Shown piece by piece: positions 22,326-33,543 of a stretch of DNA of 35,009 nt. Every line of letters starts with the position of its first letter. The stretch's first letter is position 1. The DNA is from Macrostomum lignano. Its lineage: Eukaryota. The position numbers were made by a program, and so were the translations under genes. The notes below the pieces were generated by a model, which saw only the letters and a program-made list of their open reading frames with translations, was not told the DNA's origin and ran no database searches. The stretch spans positions 1 to 35,009 of the forward strand of contig NIVC01004790.1 in assembly GCA_002269645.1 (NCBI GenBank). Direction: 5' to 3'.

Positions 22326-22883
22326 AGGTGTCCCCGAGCAGCGGTGTGTCACCTTGTTTTTGCATGCAGTCAGAGAGAGCACCGAATCAAGATAGACAGC
22401 GGAGTTTTTTTACAACAGTTGCGTCAGTTGCCTTTCCTATTGGCGGTGAAGCAAGTCATGCATGTGTGCTGATATCACATAGTCAATTTTTTATCCTGTG
22501 CAAACATAAACTCATGCACCCTGTTTGCACTGCGAGAATGCTGCATCGCTTACACAAGCCGAGTGAGTGCTTCCCTGATCATGTTTGTCCAGCAGGCACT
22601 CATGGTCTGATCCGCGCAAGAGGATCACGCCAGTCAGTGCCAGTGTAGGTGGATGGTGGAATGATTAGACGTACTACTGTTAAAGAACATTTGTCTGGAA
22701 TGGATCACGCCATATTCTCTCTCATAATTCTTGCAAAACTCTATAGCTTACAACATTAGCTGCTATGATATAATTTCGAGTGAAGATATATATAATTACT
22801 CATTCGTTTGATCAAACTGAAACCAAGCTACATATGAGCATAATTCTCTTAAAATTGGTCTATTTTTCAAGACGAAAAAAGTT

Positions 22884-23160
22884 GATTGTAGCCGAGTGGT
22901 AAGAGCGTTAGACTCATGACTTGAAAGTTGGGGGTTCTATTACCGATCCCTCTGGAAAAATTTGTGTCCTTTAGCAAGACACTTAACTCTGCATTGCTTC
23001 AGTTCACCCAGCTGTAAAATGGGTGCCAGCATTAGCTGAGGTAATTGAGGGTGTGTGTGACAATCCCCCAGTCCTTGGACTAAACAACAATAGCTGCGGC
23101 TGAGCTGTCGGTTGAACATCTGGCCCAACTGGGGCAGGTGTAATCAATTATTAATTATTA
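22884..23160 (+). mobile_element. tRNA-derived SINE with a CORE-like central domain
   Basis: A box tagccgagtggtaag and degenerate B box gggttctattacc. The segment gtgtcctttagcaagacacttaactctgcattgcttcagttcacccagctgtaaaatggg resembles the MIR/CORE domain. The 3' end is AT-rich. Confidence 0.75.
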
Positions 23161-23488
23161 AAATTTGTAGATTTGGTGTAACAAGTTTAGAGTTGTGACA
23201 AAAATTCAGTGATTGAAAGCGTTCGATAGACAGTTTTTTACATTTGTAGTTCAAGCCGAACTTTTAATTAGCCGTAAATACGTGTTACTTTAAAGGCCTG
23301 TCTGGTCGCGCCCTCATTGGTCCTTATAACCAATCACGTGTGGGGAAGAAGATCACGTTTGCCCAAGATGGAGGAGAAGTCGGGCCAGCGAGTCAACAAT
23401 GATAGAGTCGTCTGACCAAAAATGATAAATTAGGTAGTATCGATGCTTGTTTTAATTCGCTGCAACTTACGACTCGACTACGACTCGT

Positions 23489-24463
23489 ATGGCTATTGAG
23501 GATTACTTCCGTTTCGCACTCATTAGCATCTTGGGCCTGTCGATGGTGCTCAACTGCGTGTTCATCGCCTTCACTGTGCGAAGAAAGATCGGCACCCGAC
23601 TTTGCAACATCCTGCTGCGCTCTCAAGCTTTTATCGACCTACTTCTCATGTGCGCAAACATTTGCGTCATACAGCTGCGGAGCTATCTGCCAGAGTTGAG
23701 CCAGTCCTTGCCAGATTTTGTTTGGCATGTCTATTGCAAGCTGTATATCAGTCATGTTCTATACTGGAGCCTCGTCTGCATGAGCGTTTACAATATTCTC
23801 TGCATCTCTATAGAGCGCTGCATCTGCATCTGTTGCCCGTTCTGGTACCGAGTGAACAAGCGCAAGCTGCTAGCGATCCTGGCTCTTATCATTGCCGCTG
23901 CTCCACTTCTTGTTGAAGGGCCATACTGTTTGATTTCAGTAAATATTGTCTTAAGTCAAGTAGATAATGACACATTTAAAAAGAAGTGCTTGTACACTTT
24001 CTACGACCAGCCAGCAGAAAAACTTGTTGCCATCGCATATGTGACGCTATTCTATGTCTTGCCATTCTTTATAATCGTTGCGCTGTACTTGTGCATCCTT
24101 TGTCGCTTTCGACGATCAGCAAATCTGCGGGAGACGTCGGCTGGAGGTGGCGGGAGGGGCATCAGCGCTGCGGCAAAAAAATTGACTCTGACTATTGGCG
24201 TCACTGCGACAGCTTTTATACTGCTATTTTCCTTGGATAGTGTCACCTTCTTTCTGTATAACGTTGGAACTGGAATCGATCTGGGACCATTCTTTGGCCA
24301 GTTGGATTCATTTTTGGTGAGCATGAATAGCGCGGTAAATCCACTAATCTACCTGGTCTTCATGCCGGAATTTCGGCGCTTTCTGACGCGTCGGGATTGT
24401 CGAAGCTCAGCAGCTCAGAGAAACGGAGGGAGCGCTCCGGGGATTCCGGAATGTCTAACCTAG
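23489..24463 (+). CDS. Intronless class A (rhodopsin-like) orphan GPCR, copy 1, intact, 324 aa
   Basis: Seven hydrophobic segments, TM3 YCKL..SVYNILCISIERC, TM5 Pro, ECL2 Cys and TM7 NSAVNPLIY. Confidence 0.92.
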   Translation: MAIEDYFRFALISILGLSMVLNCVFIAFTVRRKIGTRLCNILLRSQAFIDLLLMCANICVIQLRSYLPELSQSLPDFVWHVYCKLYISHVLYWSLVCMSVYNILCISIERCICICCPFWYRVNKRKLLAILALIIAAAPLLVEGPYCLISVNIVLSQVDNDTFKKKCLYTFYDQPAEKLVAIAYVTLFYVLPFFIIVALYLCILCRFRRSANLRETSAGGGGRGISAAAKKLTLTIGVTATAFILLFSLDSVTFFLYNVGTGIDLGPFFGQLDSFLVSMNSAVNPLIYLVFMPEFRRFLTRRDCRSSAAQRNGGSAPGIPECLT

Positions 24464-25115
24464 GCTTTGATTTACCGACTGGAAGTGAACTATGCAAAAA
24501 GATTATTGTCTTAGAGATTTTTTGGCAAGTTTTTAAGTTGAACACGAAACTACGGCTTTCTGCGACAAACAAAGTTTATAAAGTGTCTTAGTAAATATTC
24601 TGACTAAGAAAATTTTTTTAGCGGAGCTTGTCTTTTAATTGATCAAGCGTTTAGAAAGTAAAAGTAAGTTCTTATTCTCTTTCAGCTTCTTTTCTCGTTA
24701 GATCTTTCTGGTTAGACATTCAATTATTATAATATTACTGTACCTGCTATACTGAATATCACGTGTTTGTTAAGTGATAGTTACGAAGTAAATCATTTCT
24801 ACTTGTAAGTGATAATTACTTCTGCCTGATATCTACACGTTGTCAGTTTGTTTTACCAGTTTGTATACGTTCGTAAATGAAGGAGATAACCAGCATGTTT
24901 TCAATGCCAATGCATTTCATCCACAATGGACATCGTCAGGGCTTACTAAATTTATTAAAGGAAGTGAAAGTTTTTGCTCTTATATATTGACTTGAACAAT
25001 TGTAATATTTGACATAGGATTAAAAACTAAGTACAAAACTGGGTACACAAGTTTGGGTGAAAGGCTTTTACATATCAAAACAGTCCAGTCCGGTTATTGA
25101 GCGAACTAAAAAAAG

Positions 25116-25447
25116 TTAAAGTTGACGGCTAGCACCTCCCATGGCAAGCTGATTGTTCAGAGTAGTTTGTTGGGCCTTAATGTGCATAGCGTCTAATAAG
25201 CTAAGTTTGTTATCGTTCTTACAAAATTCTATAGTCAATCATTTCGTATGGTTCAGTGTCACAGCAGCTCTTGCAGGTGAGCAAATGTTCATTAATGGCA
25301 GATTTTTTAGCCGGTGTTCTCTAACCCTCGTGTACAGGTGTCGTTTGGTCTTTCCTATATAGGAAATGCTCTTGTCATCAGAGCAATTAAATTTGTAAAC
25401 AAAACCTGCAGCGAGAGGTCGGGGAACACTGGATTTCAGATTGTTCT
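25116..25447 (-). mobile_element. Penelope-like retroelement remnant, GIY-YIG endonuclease region (frameshifted)
   Basis: FVYKFNC..SYIGKTKRHLYTRVREH, then after shifts KSAINEHLLTCKSC and LSLLDAMHIKAQQTTLNNQL. This is the typical order in PLE GIY-YIG domains. Confidence 0.82.
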
Positions 25448-25455
25448 GTTTGAGC

Positions 25456-27312
25456 CATAGAATTCTAGATAATATGGAAGTGAAGGCTTTTAAAAAGGGT
25501 TTGAAAATTTTACATAACCGGGCCGACTGTTTTTTCTTATTCCGTCTGACAAAACTGGGCCGTTGCTTCCCATAAAAGGGGTGTTGAGTGAGGGCCAATG
25601 AAATTTGGATGCTTGAATAGGAGCACTGGGCCGTTGTACATAAGTCCGAAACAATTTTTTAGGGTTATGGGAATGCGCTTTGTAGAGATAGAGATAACTG
25701 CCATTTGAGTGCACGGGTGAGGGCTGTATAAATGTGCTTAAGGAAGGGGATTCGAAAAGGAACATTTCTATAAATAGTTCACTGTACTCGCTACCCTCTG
25801 CAAAAGGAGCACGGGACCATGGTGGGACAGGATATGATGCGGGTAAGAGAAAGAAACTGTACATTTATATGCGCAAGTCTTTGTTGTGTTGGTAAGATAT
25901 AAGAAAACTTACAGAGGAGTTGCCAGAGGAAAAGAGCAGCTCTGCTTTTTCCACAGCAGGTTTCAGTCACACCAAGAGCTTCAAAATCTACCAGGCTTCC
26001 TTGCAGATTGCAAACGCTGGTTCGGACGGTACCGTGGCGTTAAGCCTCCTTGGTTATTCTTTCGCAGGAACGTAGAAGGGGCTTCGTTCACGTATCGTTC
26101 ATCGTCAACAGCAACCAGCAGTTCGTCACAGGCTCGACAGTTTTTTGCACTAAAATCGACTTGGCGGAACTTGCCTGCGACGTAGAAAGTGACGACGTGA
26201 TGTCATCAGCATCGCCTATTTCTCCCACTGCCTCCAGTTCGAGCTCAGTTTCATTGACTTCTTAATCTAGGCCTCAGGTGCTGCTTGATGATTTCGCTGC
26301 AAGGTAATGAATCTCCTGAGGCGCAACTGGCTGAACTTCAGAAGCGACACTGAGCGGATGGCTTTCTCGCTTAGGCCCTTTCTTTTACAGATTTTCCAGT
26401 CGCGCACGTTTTTTACACCAGTAAGATAGTAGAGCTGTCAGTCTATTATCCGATCTGAGACTGGATCTCGGCTGCAATCTCTCTTGTGCCTACCGATTGT
26501 GCTCGACTGCTCGCCCTCACGCTATGAATATGCCAGAGCGGAACAATAGATTGAACAAAAATTCCTGTCTCATTTCACTGCTTGCCCTGATTTTCAGAAT
26601 TATATTCAAGCGCCCTGGCGGTTTACGAGCTAGGTGACTTTTTTGAATGCTCTTTGGATCAATCACGCTGAAAGTCAACTTTAAAGCCAGCTTTAAAGGC
26701 TTTTGCTTTTCAATGTTCACAGATTAACCGAGGAGGCTAAAAGGTACAGTCAGAACCAGCGTTTGCAATCTGTAAGAAAGCCTGGCAGATTTTGAAGCTC
26801 CAGAGCAGTAGCAGGCTTTTAAATTCACAGCACAGGCACACCATTCTGTTTGAGTCAGCATGCTCACTGCTCAGCTATAGCCTATATTCGAAAATCTACC
26901 AAAATGCAATTCCAAACGCATTCTTAAAGATCAGCAAAAGTCAGCATATTATTTTGCAACTGATCTGCCGCAAAATGTTTAACGCAGCTGCTAAAGCTGG
27001 ACTCGGCGACTATTAAGCCAACCAGCTAGCTCTACCAGGAAATTATTGCGAAGTGAATTTATTGCTGCTTTTTCTATTGGACTTAATCATCAAAATAGAA
27101 TTTTAACTATATTAACAAAGTAAAATAATTGTAATGATGATTGAATGAATTGAATTTCTTAATTTGAACTCAAATTTATTTCTTGATCAGAAACAGAAAA
27201 ATCATTGTTGGAATGAGATTCAATGGGAATCCTACACTCACGTATTTTCAAGTCGGCCCGGTTATGTAAAGATCCAAAAAGCCTTCACTTCCATATTATC
27301 TAGAATTCTATG
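25456..27312. mobile_element. 1857-bp non-autonomous TIR DNA transposon (CATAG termini, 8-bp TSD; P or hAT superfamily)
   Basis: Perfect 36-bp TIR CATAGAATTCTAGATAATATGGAAGTGAAGGCTTTT, plus a further 20-bp inverted block TTTACATAACCGGGCCGACT. The direct repeat GTTTGAGC occurs at 25448-25455 and 27313-27320. No transposase ORF was recognised. Confidence 0.88.
25976..26800. mobile_element. Internal 825-bp segment bounded by about 80-bp imperfect inverted repeats (possible nested TIR element)
   Basis: 25976-26056 is the reverse complement of 26725-26800 with a few mismatches and one 5-bp gap. The termini are GAGCTTC...GAAGCTC. There is no perfect TSD (caa vs cag). Confidence 0.6.
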
Positions 27313-27866
27313 GTTTGAGCTAAGTGATTTATACGAGCCATAAAGTTAAAGCCACCAAATGTTAGCTAAAGAAGGGATTTTTTCAGTACAGTTGGAAGAA
27401 AAATAGTCAATACAGAAGTCAAAAAGCCTGCAGTAAGTATAGCTTTTTAGCTGGATAAAGCTCGTTTAACGTTTCTAGAGACAAAGGATTTATTGTAGAG
27501 AAAGTTTCAGATGGATCAGATCAAAGGACGGCACTTTTGAGTTTATTTACGAAGAAGTCTTTGTTAGGCCCCGGATTTTCGGACCAATCAAAGCAGTTTG
27601 GAAATGTTTTTCGATCAAATTCCTAAACAGAAACCTATTAAGACACGCTAATTGGCCTCATTTTAGCATTGAGATGCAGAACTGAATTTAAAAAATCATT
27701 GCCCACAACTATGAGCTCGTTATTGAAAGAATTCACAGATCTAAAAGGTCTGCCACGCCCAAAAATCGATCGATTCATTAATTGCACAGCAAACAAAGAA
27801 CCGGAAATAGGGTATAAAAATCTCAAGTATCGCCAAAAATTTTCCCCAGCACTGAAACACTCGAAG

Positions 27867-28854
27867 ATGTCACTCGCAGACGACTTTCGCATCGCCCTCA
27901 TTGCCATCCTGGCCATGTCTATTGTATTCAACGCATTATTTGTCGTCTTTACCGTGCGCCGGAAGATCGGGAGTCGACTCTGCACCATCCTGCTGCGCTC
28001 TCAAGCGGTCATTGATCTGCTTCTCATGAGCGCCAACATTCTGGTCATTCAGTTTCGTACATACGTACCTGCGCCTAGCCAGTCAGCGTCTGATGTTGCC
28101 TGGCTGATCTACTGCAAACTTTACCCTAGTCAAGTGATTTACTGGAGCCTGGTCTGCATGAGCGTCTACAACATTCTCTGCGTTTCAATTGAGCGTTGTA
28201 TTTGTCTTTGCTGCCCATTCTGGTACAGATTGAACAAGCGAAGGCTCCTTACCATTCTCGCCATTGTCATTGCAGTTTCCCCATTCCTGGTAGAAGCCCC
28301 GTACTGTCTAGTTACGAGAAACGTGGTCTACACTGACAATGGAAATGGAACAGTATTGAAGAGTTGTATTTACAACTTTATCAATGCGCAAGGAGAAAAA
28401 ATAGTTGGTATATTGTACGTGACGCTGTTCTGGATTGTTCCATTCTGCGCTATCGTGGTCCTGTATTTATGCATCATCCACCGAATTCGTCAGTCATCTA
28501 GCATGAGAGTGATTTCAGCTGGTGGTAGTAGCGGCAACGTGAGTACGGCGGCCAAGAAGCTGACCTTGACAACTGGGGTCACGGCAGCAGCTTTTGTGCT
28601 GCTATTCGACAGCGTCAGTGGACAGCGTCACATTTCTGCTGGGCAACATCGAAATTCGAATCGTATTATCCCCCTTCTTTGACCAGCTTGACTCGTTTCT
28701 GGTTAGCATGAATAGCGCAGTGAATCCGCTGATCTACCTGATCTTCATGCCGGAGTTTCGCAACTTTCTTCATGCTCAAGTCGCTCAACAAAGGCATCCG
28801 AGACTGACAAAACCCGAAACAAGCCGGTGGTTGCAAACTCCGCCACAGAGATGA
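27867..28854 (+). pseudogene. GPCR copy 2, frameshifted in TM6 by a 7-nt insertion
   Basis: MSLADDFRIAL... parallels copy 1. The frame changes at 28608-28620, and the downstream frame resumes VDSVTFLL...NSAVNPLIY. Removing 7 nt restores a 326-aa ORF. Confidence 0.82.
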
Positions 28855-29829
28855 CGCAGATCTCTCCTGGTTGATCTAGCTAAGCTGCGTATAACAATTT
28901 CTGAACCGAAAGTAGCAACCAAAAGTAGCACGGATTTTTTATAGTACATAAGTCTTCTTCTATGTACTCGTAGGTTTAGCTGACTAACTATCTGAATACA
29001 TATTTTTGACTACATTAAACTTGTGTGTAGCTAGTACTAAATAAAAGATCTCGAACTGGTTTCGAAGGTAACTGACAAAACACTCGTGTAGACATTGTAT
29101 TTTACTGACTTTGAGACTCTTTTAGAAGTGATTTTGTAAACTTTAAAAGTTTGTTTGAATTGAGAATCTGTATGCATAACATCAGTGCGATAAATTATGG
29201 GAAACCTTTGAGGCAAAACTAACGATACTACTGATAAATAGAAACAGCATGCAGCAATAAAGTCAAATTTTTGGATATTGTAAAAATGGTATCTAGCAAG
29301 AACGTAGATTATTGATTTGCCAACTAAGATATTCTCACCCTCGCCGAATCTTCGTGAAAATTTCCTGTCTATAGAACTGAGTGAGGCCGTGTCTTGACAG
29401 CACATGCTCACGATCAGGAGTAGCATTGTGAAGTAGAAGTGCAAACATAGCTAGAGTGGATTGTTTGTCACTCTGCCGACATGATATACAAAACTGCAAT
29501 TCTTCAGGGTAGCCAGTACTACAAAACTCTATCAAATATTGAACCTATTCCTCTCATAAGTACAAGCTATGGTGGATCAGTGGATGATGGATAAGCAAAT
29601 AGGATCGATTAGAAACAGAAAAGGGTAACTCAGCAAACATAAAAATTGCTTCCTTTTGACTTAAGTGGAATATGGAAACGCAAATAAGTATCGCTGTATC
29701 CTATAAGTATCCGTTATTAAAGTACCTTGAGAACTCACTCTCCCCGCAACAGATACATATATATACGAAATGTACAATTGTATTCATGTACTACCATGAA
29801 AACCTAGGAAACAGAAAAAAAAGTGTACA

Positions 29830-30770
29830 ATGTCAATTGAAAACGGATTTCGCATTGCGTTAGTGACTCTATTGTGCGTTTCATTTCTCCTCAACACCGT
29901 ATTCGTTGGCTTCACAGTGCGACGCAAGATCGGCAGCCGTCTCTGCACCGCCCTGCTGCGCAGTCAGTCAGTCATCGACCTGCTGCTCATGGCGGCAAAC
30001 TTACTGATCATGCAGTTCAACAGTACTTGCCGGAGCTCAGCCAATCGATTGCAGATGTTTGGTGGCAGATCTACTGCAAATTGTTTGCTAGCAGAGTTAT
30101 TTATTGGAGCCTGGTCAGCATGAGCGTCTACAATCTTCTCGGCATCGCCGTTGAGCGCTGCGTTTGCCTCTGCTGTCCATTTTTGTACCGCGTGAACAAA
30201 CGCAAGCTGCTAATAGGGATTTCAGTCACCATCGCAGTTTCGCCGCTTCTTGTTGAGGCACCTTACTGTCTGCTTTCAACAATGCTTAGTTATCAGGAAG
30301 TGAACAATGGAACCAGCCACAAAAGCTGCATCTATGAACTCGATCGTCAGGCGGAACTAGGCTTCAGTGTTGCCTACGTGACATTGTTCTGGATTCTACC
30401 GTTCTGCGCAATCCTGCTGCTCTACCTGTGCATCATTATTCGAATTCGACGTTCAGTCAGCATGAGAGAGGACTCGGACGCTGGCTGCAGAGTTGGCAGA
30501 GCCGCTAGAAAACTTACCTTGACGACGGGCGTCACCGCCATTGCTTTCGTTTTCCTGTTTGCAATGGACAGCGTCACCTTTCTGCTTTATACTCTTGGCA
30601 CCGGCTTTGTTTTACCGAAGTTTCTGGCCGAACTGGACTCGTTCCTGGTGAGCATGAACAGCGCGGTTAATCCGCTTATCTACCTGATCTTCCTGCCCGA
30701 GTTTCGTCACTTTATGCTCTGCTTTCGAAGTTCAGGAAGTGCAGAAGGTTCAGGTATCCCACGCACCTAA
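29830..30770 (+). pseudogene. GPCR copy 3, 1-nt deletion near 30019 (pseudogene, or intact gene with an assembly error)
   Basis: MSIENGFRIAL...IMQF runs in one frame and QYLPELSQS...NSAVNPLIY in another. Adding 1 nt gives a 313-aa ORF collinear with copy 1. Confidence 0.75.
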
Positions 30771-32929
30771 GTGGAATGCTGAATATGCTTTTTAGTTGCA
30801 ATCCGATTTTTGTTCGTTGCTTTTTATTTACGCCTTAAATCGCCTTCAACTAAGCGACTGGAACTTTAGCTGGAACTCTATTTTCCTTGAGTCTGTGCTG
30901 AGCTAGAAACACACCAGATTTATTGATAAAGCCGTGATATATAACTCTGGTAATGATGATACAACAGTCTTTTATGTATTCAATTATCCCCTTTCACTGT
31001 CATGTTAATTTTATTGTACTGCTTCAATTATTCTTCGCTTGCCATATTCTATTGAAAGAAAACTATTTGGAAATTTCGGAGTTTCGGAGTTTGGTGAATT
31101 TTTTTGCAAAAATGATAAAGTCATCAAGTTTAGCATCGATAAAACAGAATTTCGAGCGCTAAGAGCAAAGATTAGTAAATATAATCAGCAACATTAAAAA
31201 GTCGCCACTCTATGCGCCACTACGCCAGTGAGCGATTTCTCTTTGGACTATTCTGAAATAAAGGATGCAATGAAAACTGATCGGGGTAGCTTTAATCCGT
31301 CCAATCCTCGCACACCACTTCATTCCTCAACTCAAGTCTGCCAACTCTGCAAACTCTCAACTCGATGTTGCTGAGTATATTTTTCTGTCAGCAAAGTGAT
31401 CTTTGAACTTTTAATCTTTGAAAACTTCAGTTAATAAATGAAGCAACACTTAAATAAATCTTTATTTATCATTAAATATATTATTAAGCTTTTCTTGATT
31501 AGTCTACTATGCCAACATATCCGTTCCCGACGGCTTGGACCGAAATCGTGCCAAACTCAAACCCAAATTGCTTATAGCTCGTAGGTCACTAGTGATAGCT
31601 CAGACTAGATAGAAAGTACTCAATAAAAGCTATGCTAGCTGGTACTATGAAACTTAACAAAATATAGGTTAGGAAACGATGAAAATTGAGCCAAGGCACT
31701 ATAGAGTATCACTTATTAACAAAATGCTACTATAAGTAGAGTAACGTAAACACTCGCAGTAAAATTGAAAATTTGAATTATGTTAAGCATTATAACGAAA
31801 AAATGAATCATTTTACCATTTATAACACAAAAATAAACCATGATCCTTCTGTGATGTATGTGTTACGCGTATTTGATTATCGAGAGCAGCGTTGTTATCG
31901 GCCGTTATTGATCTATTAATTTCTGTTGAATTATTGAATTAAAGGCCTCCATATTCCCAAGGGATTGGATTGAATTGTCCTAATCTAAATTTGCTCTCAT
32001 ATACTACCGCCGTCAGAATTGAAGAGGAAAACAACCAAGCGCGGAAGAACCTACACTACGAGAAGAAGAGCCCGCAACAATACGTGTTTAATAAAGTTAC
32101 GAGTAGTTTCCAGACTTCAGTCAGGAAGTGAGAATTCGTGCATTTAGGCACTATACATAATCCTCCCTCGCTAAAGCGAACTCTTCAGAATATTTCTATA
32201 TTAATTGGTAACAGAAATTTTTCAGAAAAGCTTCGCTGAACCGACTTTCCCATGCTTATTACCCTAGTACGCTCGTATGCGAATTGACACACATCGGCTA
32301 GACTAGGTGAAGCTCATTCTAATCACAGATTAACCCTTTCAGCTTTGGAAACGAAAATCTTTGTTTGCCGAAGCGCAGACTAAATCGAGAGGCCGTTTAT
32401 CAACAATTGTCTCGTACAAAAATGGGGGCTACATCGGATTGTTTGCCCATTAGCTTGCACGCATTTTATAGTTTTTTTTCAGCTGATCTGACTAGCAGAG
32501 CTGTGAATTATTCGAGTCCCTAAGCTAATTGGAATTATCCGGAAAGTTGTACAAATAAAGCTTGGCTGACTGCAGTTCAGGATGCGCTCGCTTCTGCATA
32601 GGACGCCTAAAATGGCACCAAAGTAAATACGTCAAAATTATCATTTTCATGCGTTGTATAAAAACGTTTATTGAAAAGCCTCTACAGCCTTTTACGACCA
32701 TTAAAACATTAAACCTTCACGATTGATTTAGCGTGGATCAAAATTTTTTTATTACTAAGGCTTAAAATCTACAGGTATTCGACTAAAACTTTTTGTTCGG
32801 ACAAGTTTCAGAATGATCATTTTTTCAAATCTCATAAGTCAGTATAGCTTAAAGGTAAGTATTGAAATAATAAAAGCAACCAAACACTCTGTCAGTCATT
32901 TCCCCAAAACATCAGTGTCACAGAACGCT

Positions 32930-33540
32930 TCCAAGAGCCTAAGTGCGAAAATCGCCGCTAATCGAATAATCGCCGAATCGTCGCCGCCGCCGGAAAGTCG
33001 ATAGAATTCCGATTGCGCACCTGCTCTCTCCGGTAGGGTGCCTGCAGCGTTAGCAGCAGCGCCTTTTTGTACCGTCTGTGGGCAGTACTACTTGGCATGG
33101 ATGATATGGCCTGCCAGCTGAAAACAGGTCGCTTGGACGGACCCAGCTAGCGCGGTGATACAGTGCCGCGTCGGAAACTCGCTCGTCGTCGAGTTTAAAG
33201 GCGTCGCAAAGCAGGCCACGTCAACTTATTATTCGAGAGAATCAGTCGGGATTCAGCTCTCGGCGTTGTAAAGCATGATTCTCTTGAGTACCGCCCGAAA
33301 CAATGATGCTTTCTGGCGGTCGGGTAGAGCCCCAGATAGCAGAAATTCCCTCACAGAACGAAAGGCAGCGCAGGCAAGCCCAAGGCGACGCCGCAGATTC
33401 TCGCAGATGTCGGAAAACAGACCACCGAACTATACAAACTTCTGCTGACATAGCGGTAATTGCCCAGAAGCACCTCGGCACAAATAGCGACCGACGATGT
33501 CGGTCAATGATCAATGTCGACCGACATGCAGACGATATAA
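32930..33540 (-). mobile_element. 5'-truncated, decayed non-LTR retrotransposon (RTE-like LINE, RT C-terminal region)
   Basis: The minus strand reads LPLCQQKFV*FGG..RRRLGLACAAFRSVR..KASLFRAVLKRIMLYNAES*..QLAGHII..YCP.. then LLLTLQAPYRR after a shift. This resembles the post-RT region of RTE-clade ORFs. Boundaries are approximate. Confidence 0.72.
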
Positions 33541-33543
33541 GGC

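Noticed and set aside
22884-22950. tRNA gene
   Set aside because: The B box is degenerate, no acceptor stem is recoverable, and the sequence continues into a SINE core.
25456-25598. N-terminal part of the 119-aa GIY-YIG ORF
   Set aside because: It lies inside the inserted TIR element, so it is not part of the retroelement ORF.
27669-27866. 66-aa N-terminal extension of GPCR copy 2 in the ORF track
   Set aside because: Paralogs start at the position equivalent to the ATG at 27867. The extension is AT-rich and not homologous.
32018-32131. Exon-like stretch IEEENNQARKNLHYEKKSPQQYVFNKVTSSFQTSVRK*
   Set aside because: It has an acceptor and coding-like composition, but no recognisable homology or connecting exons.
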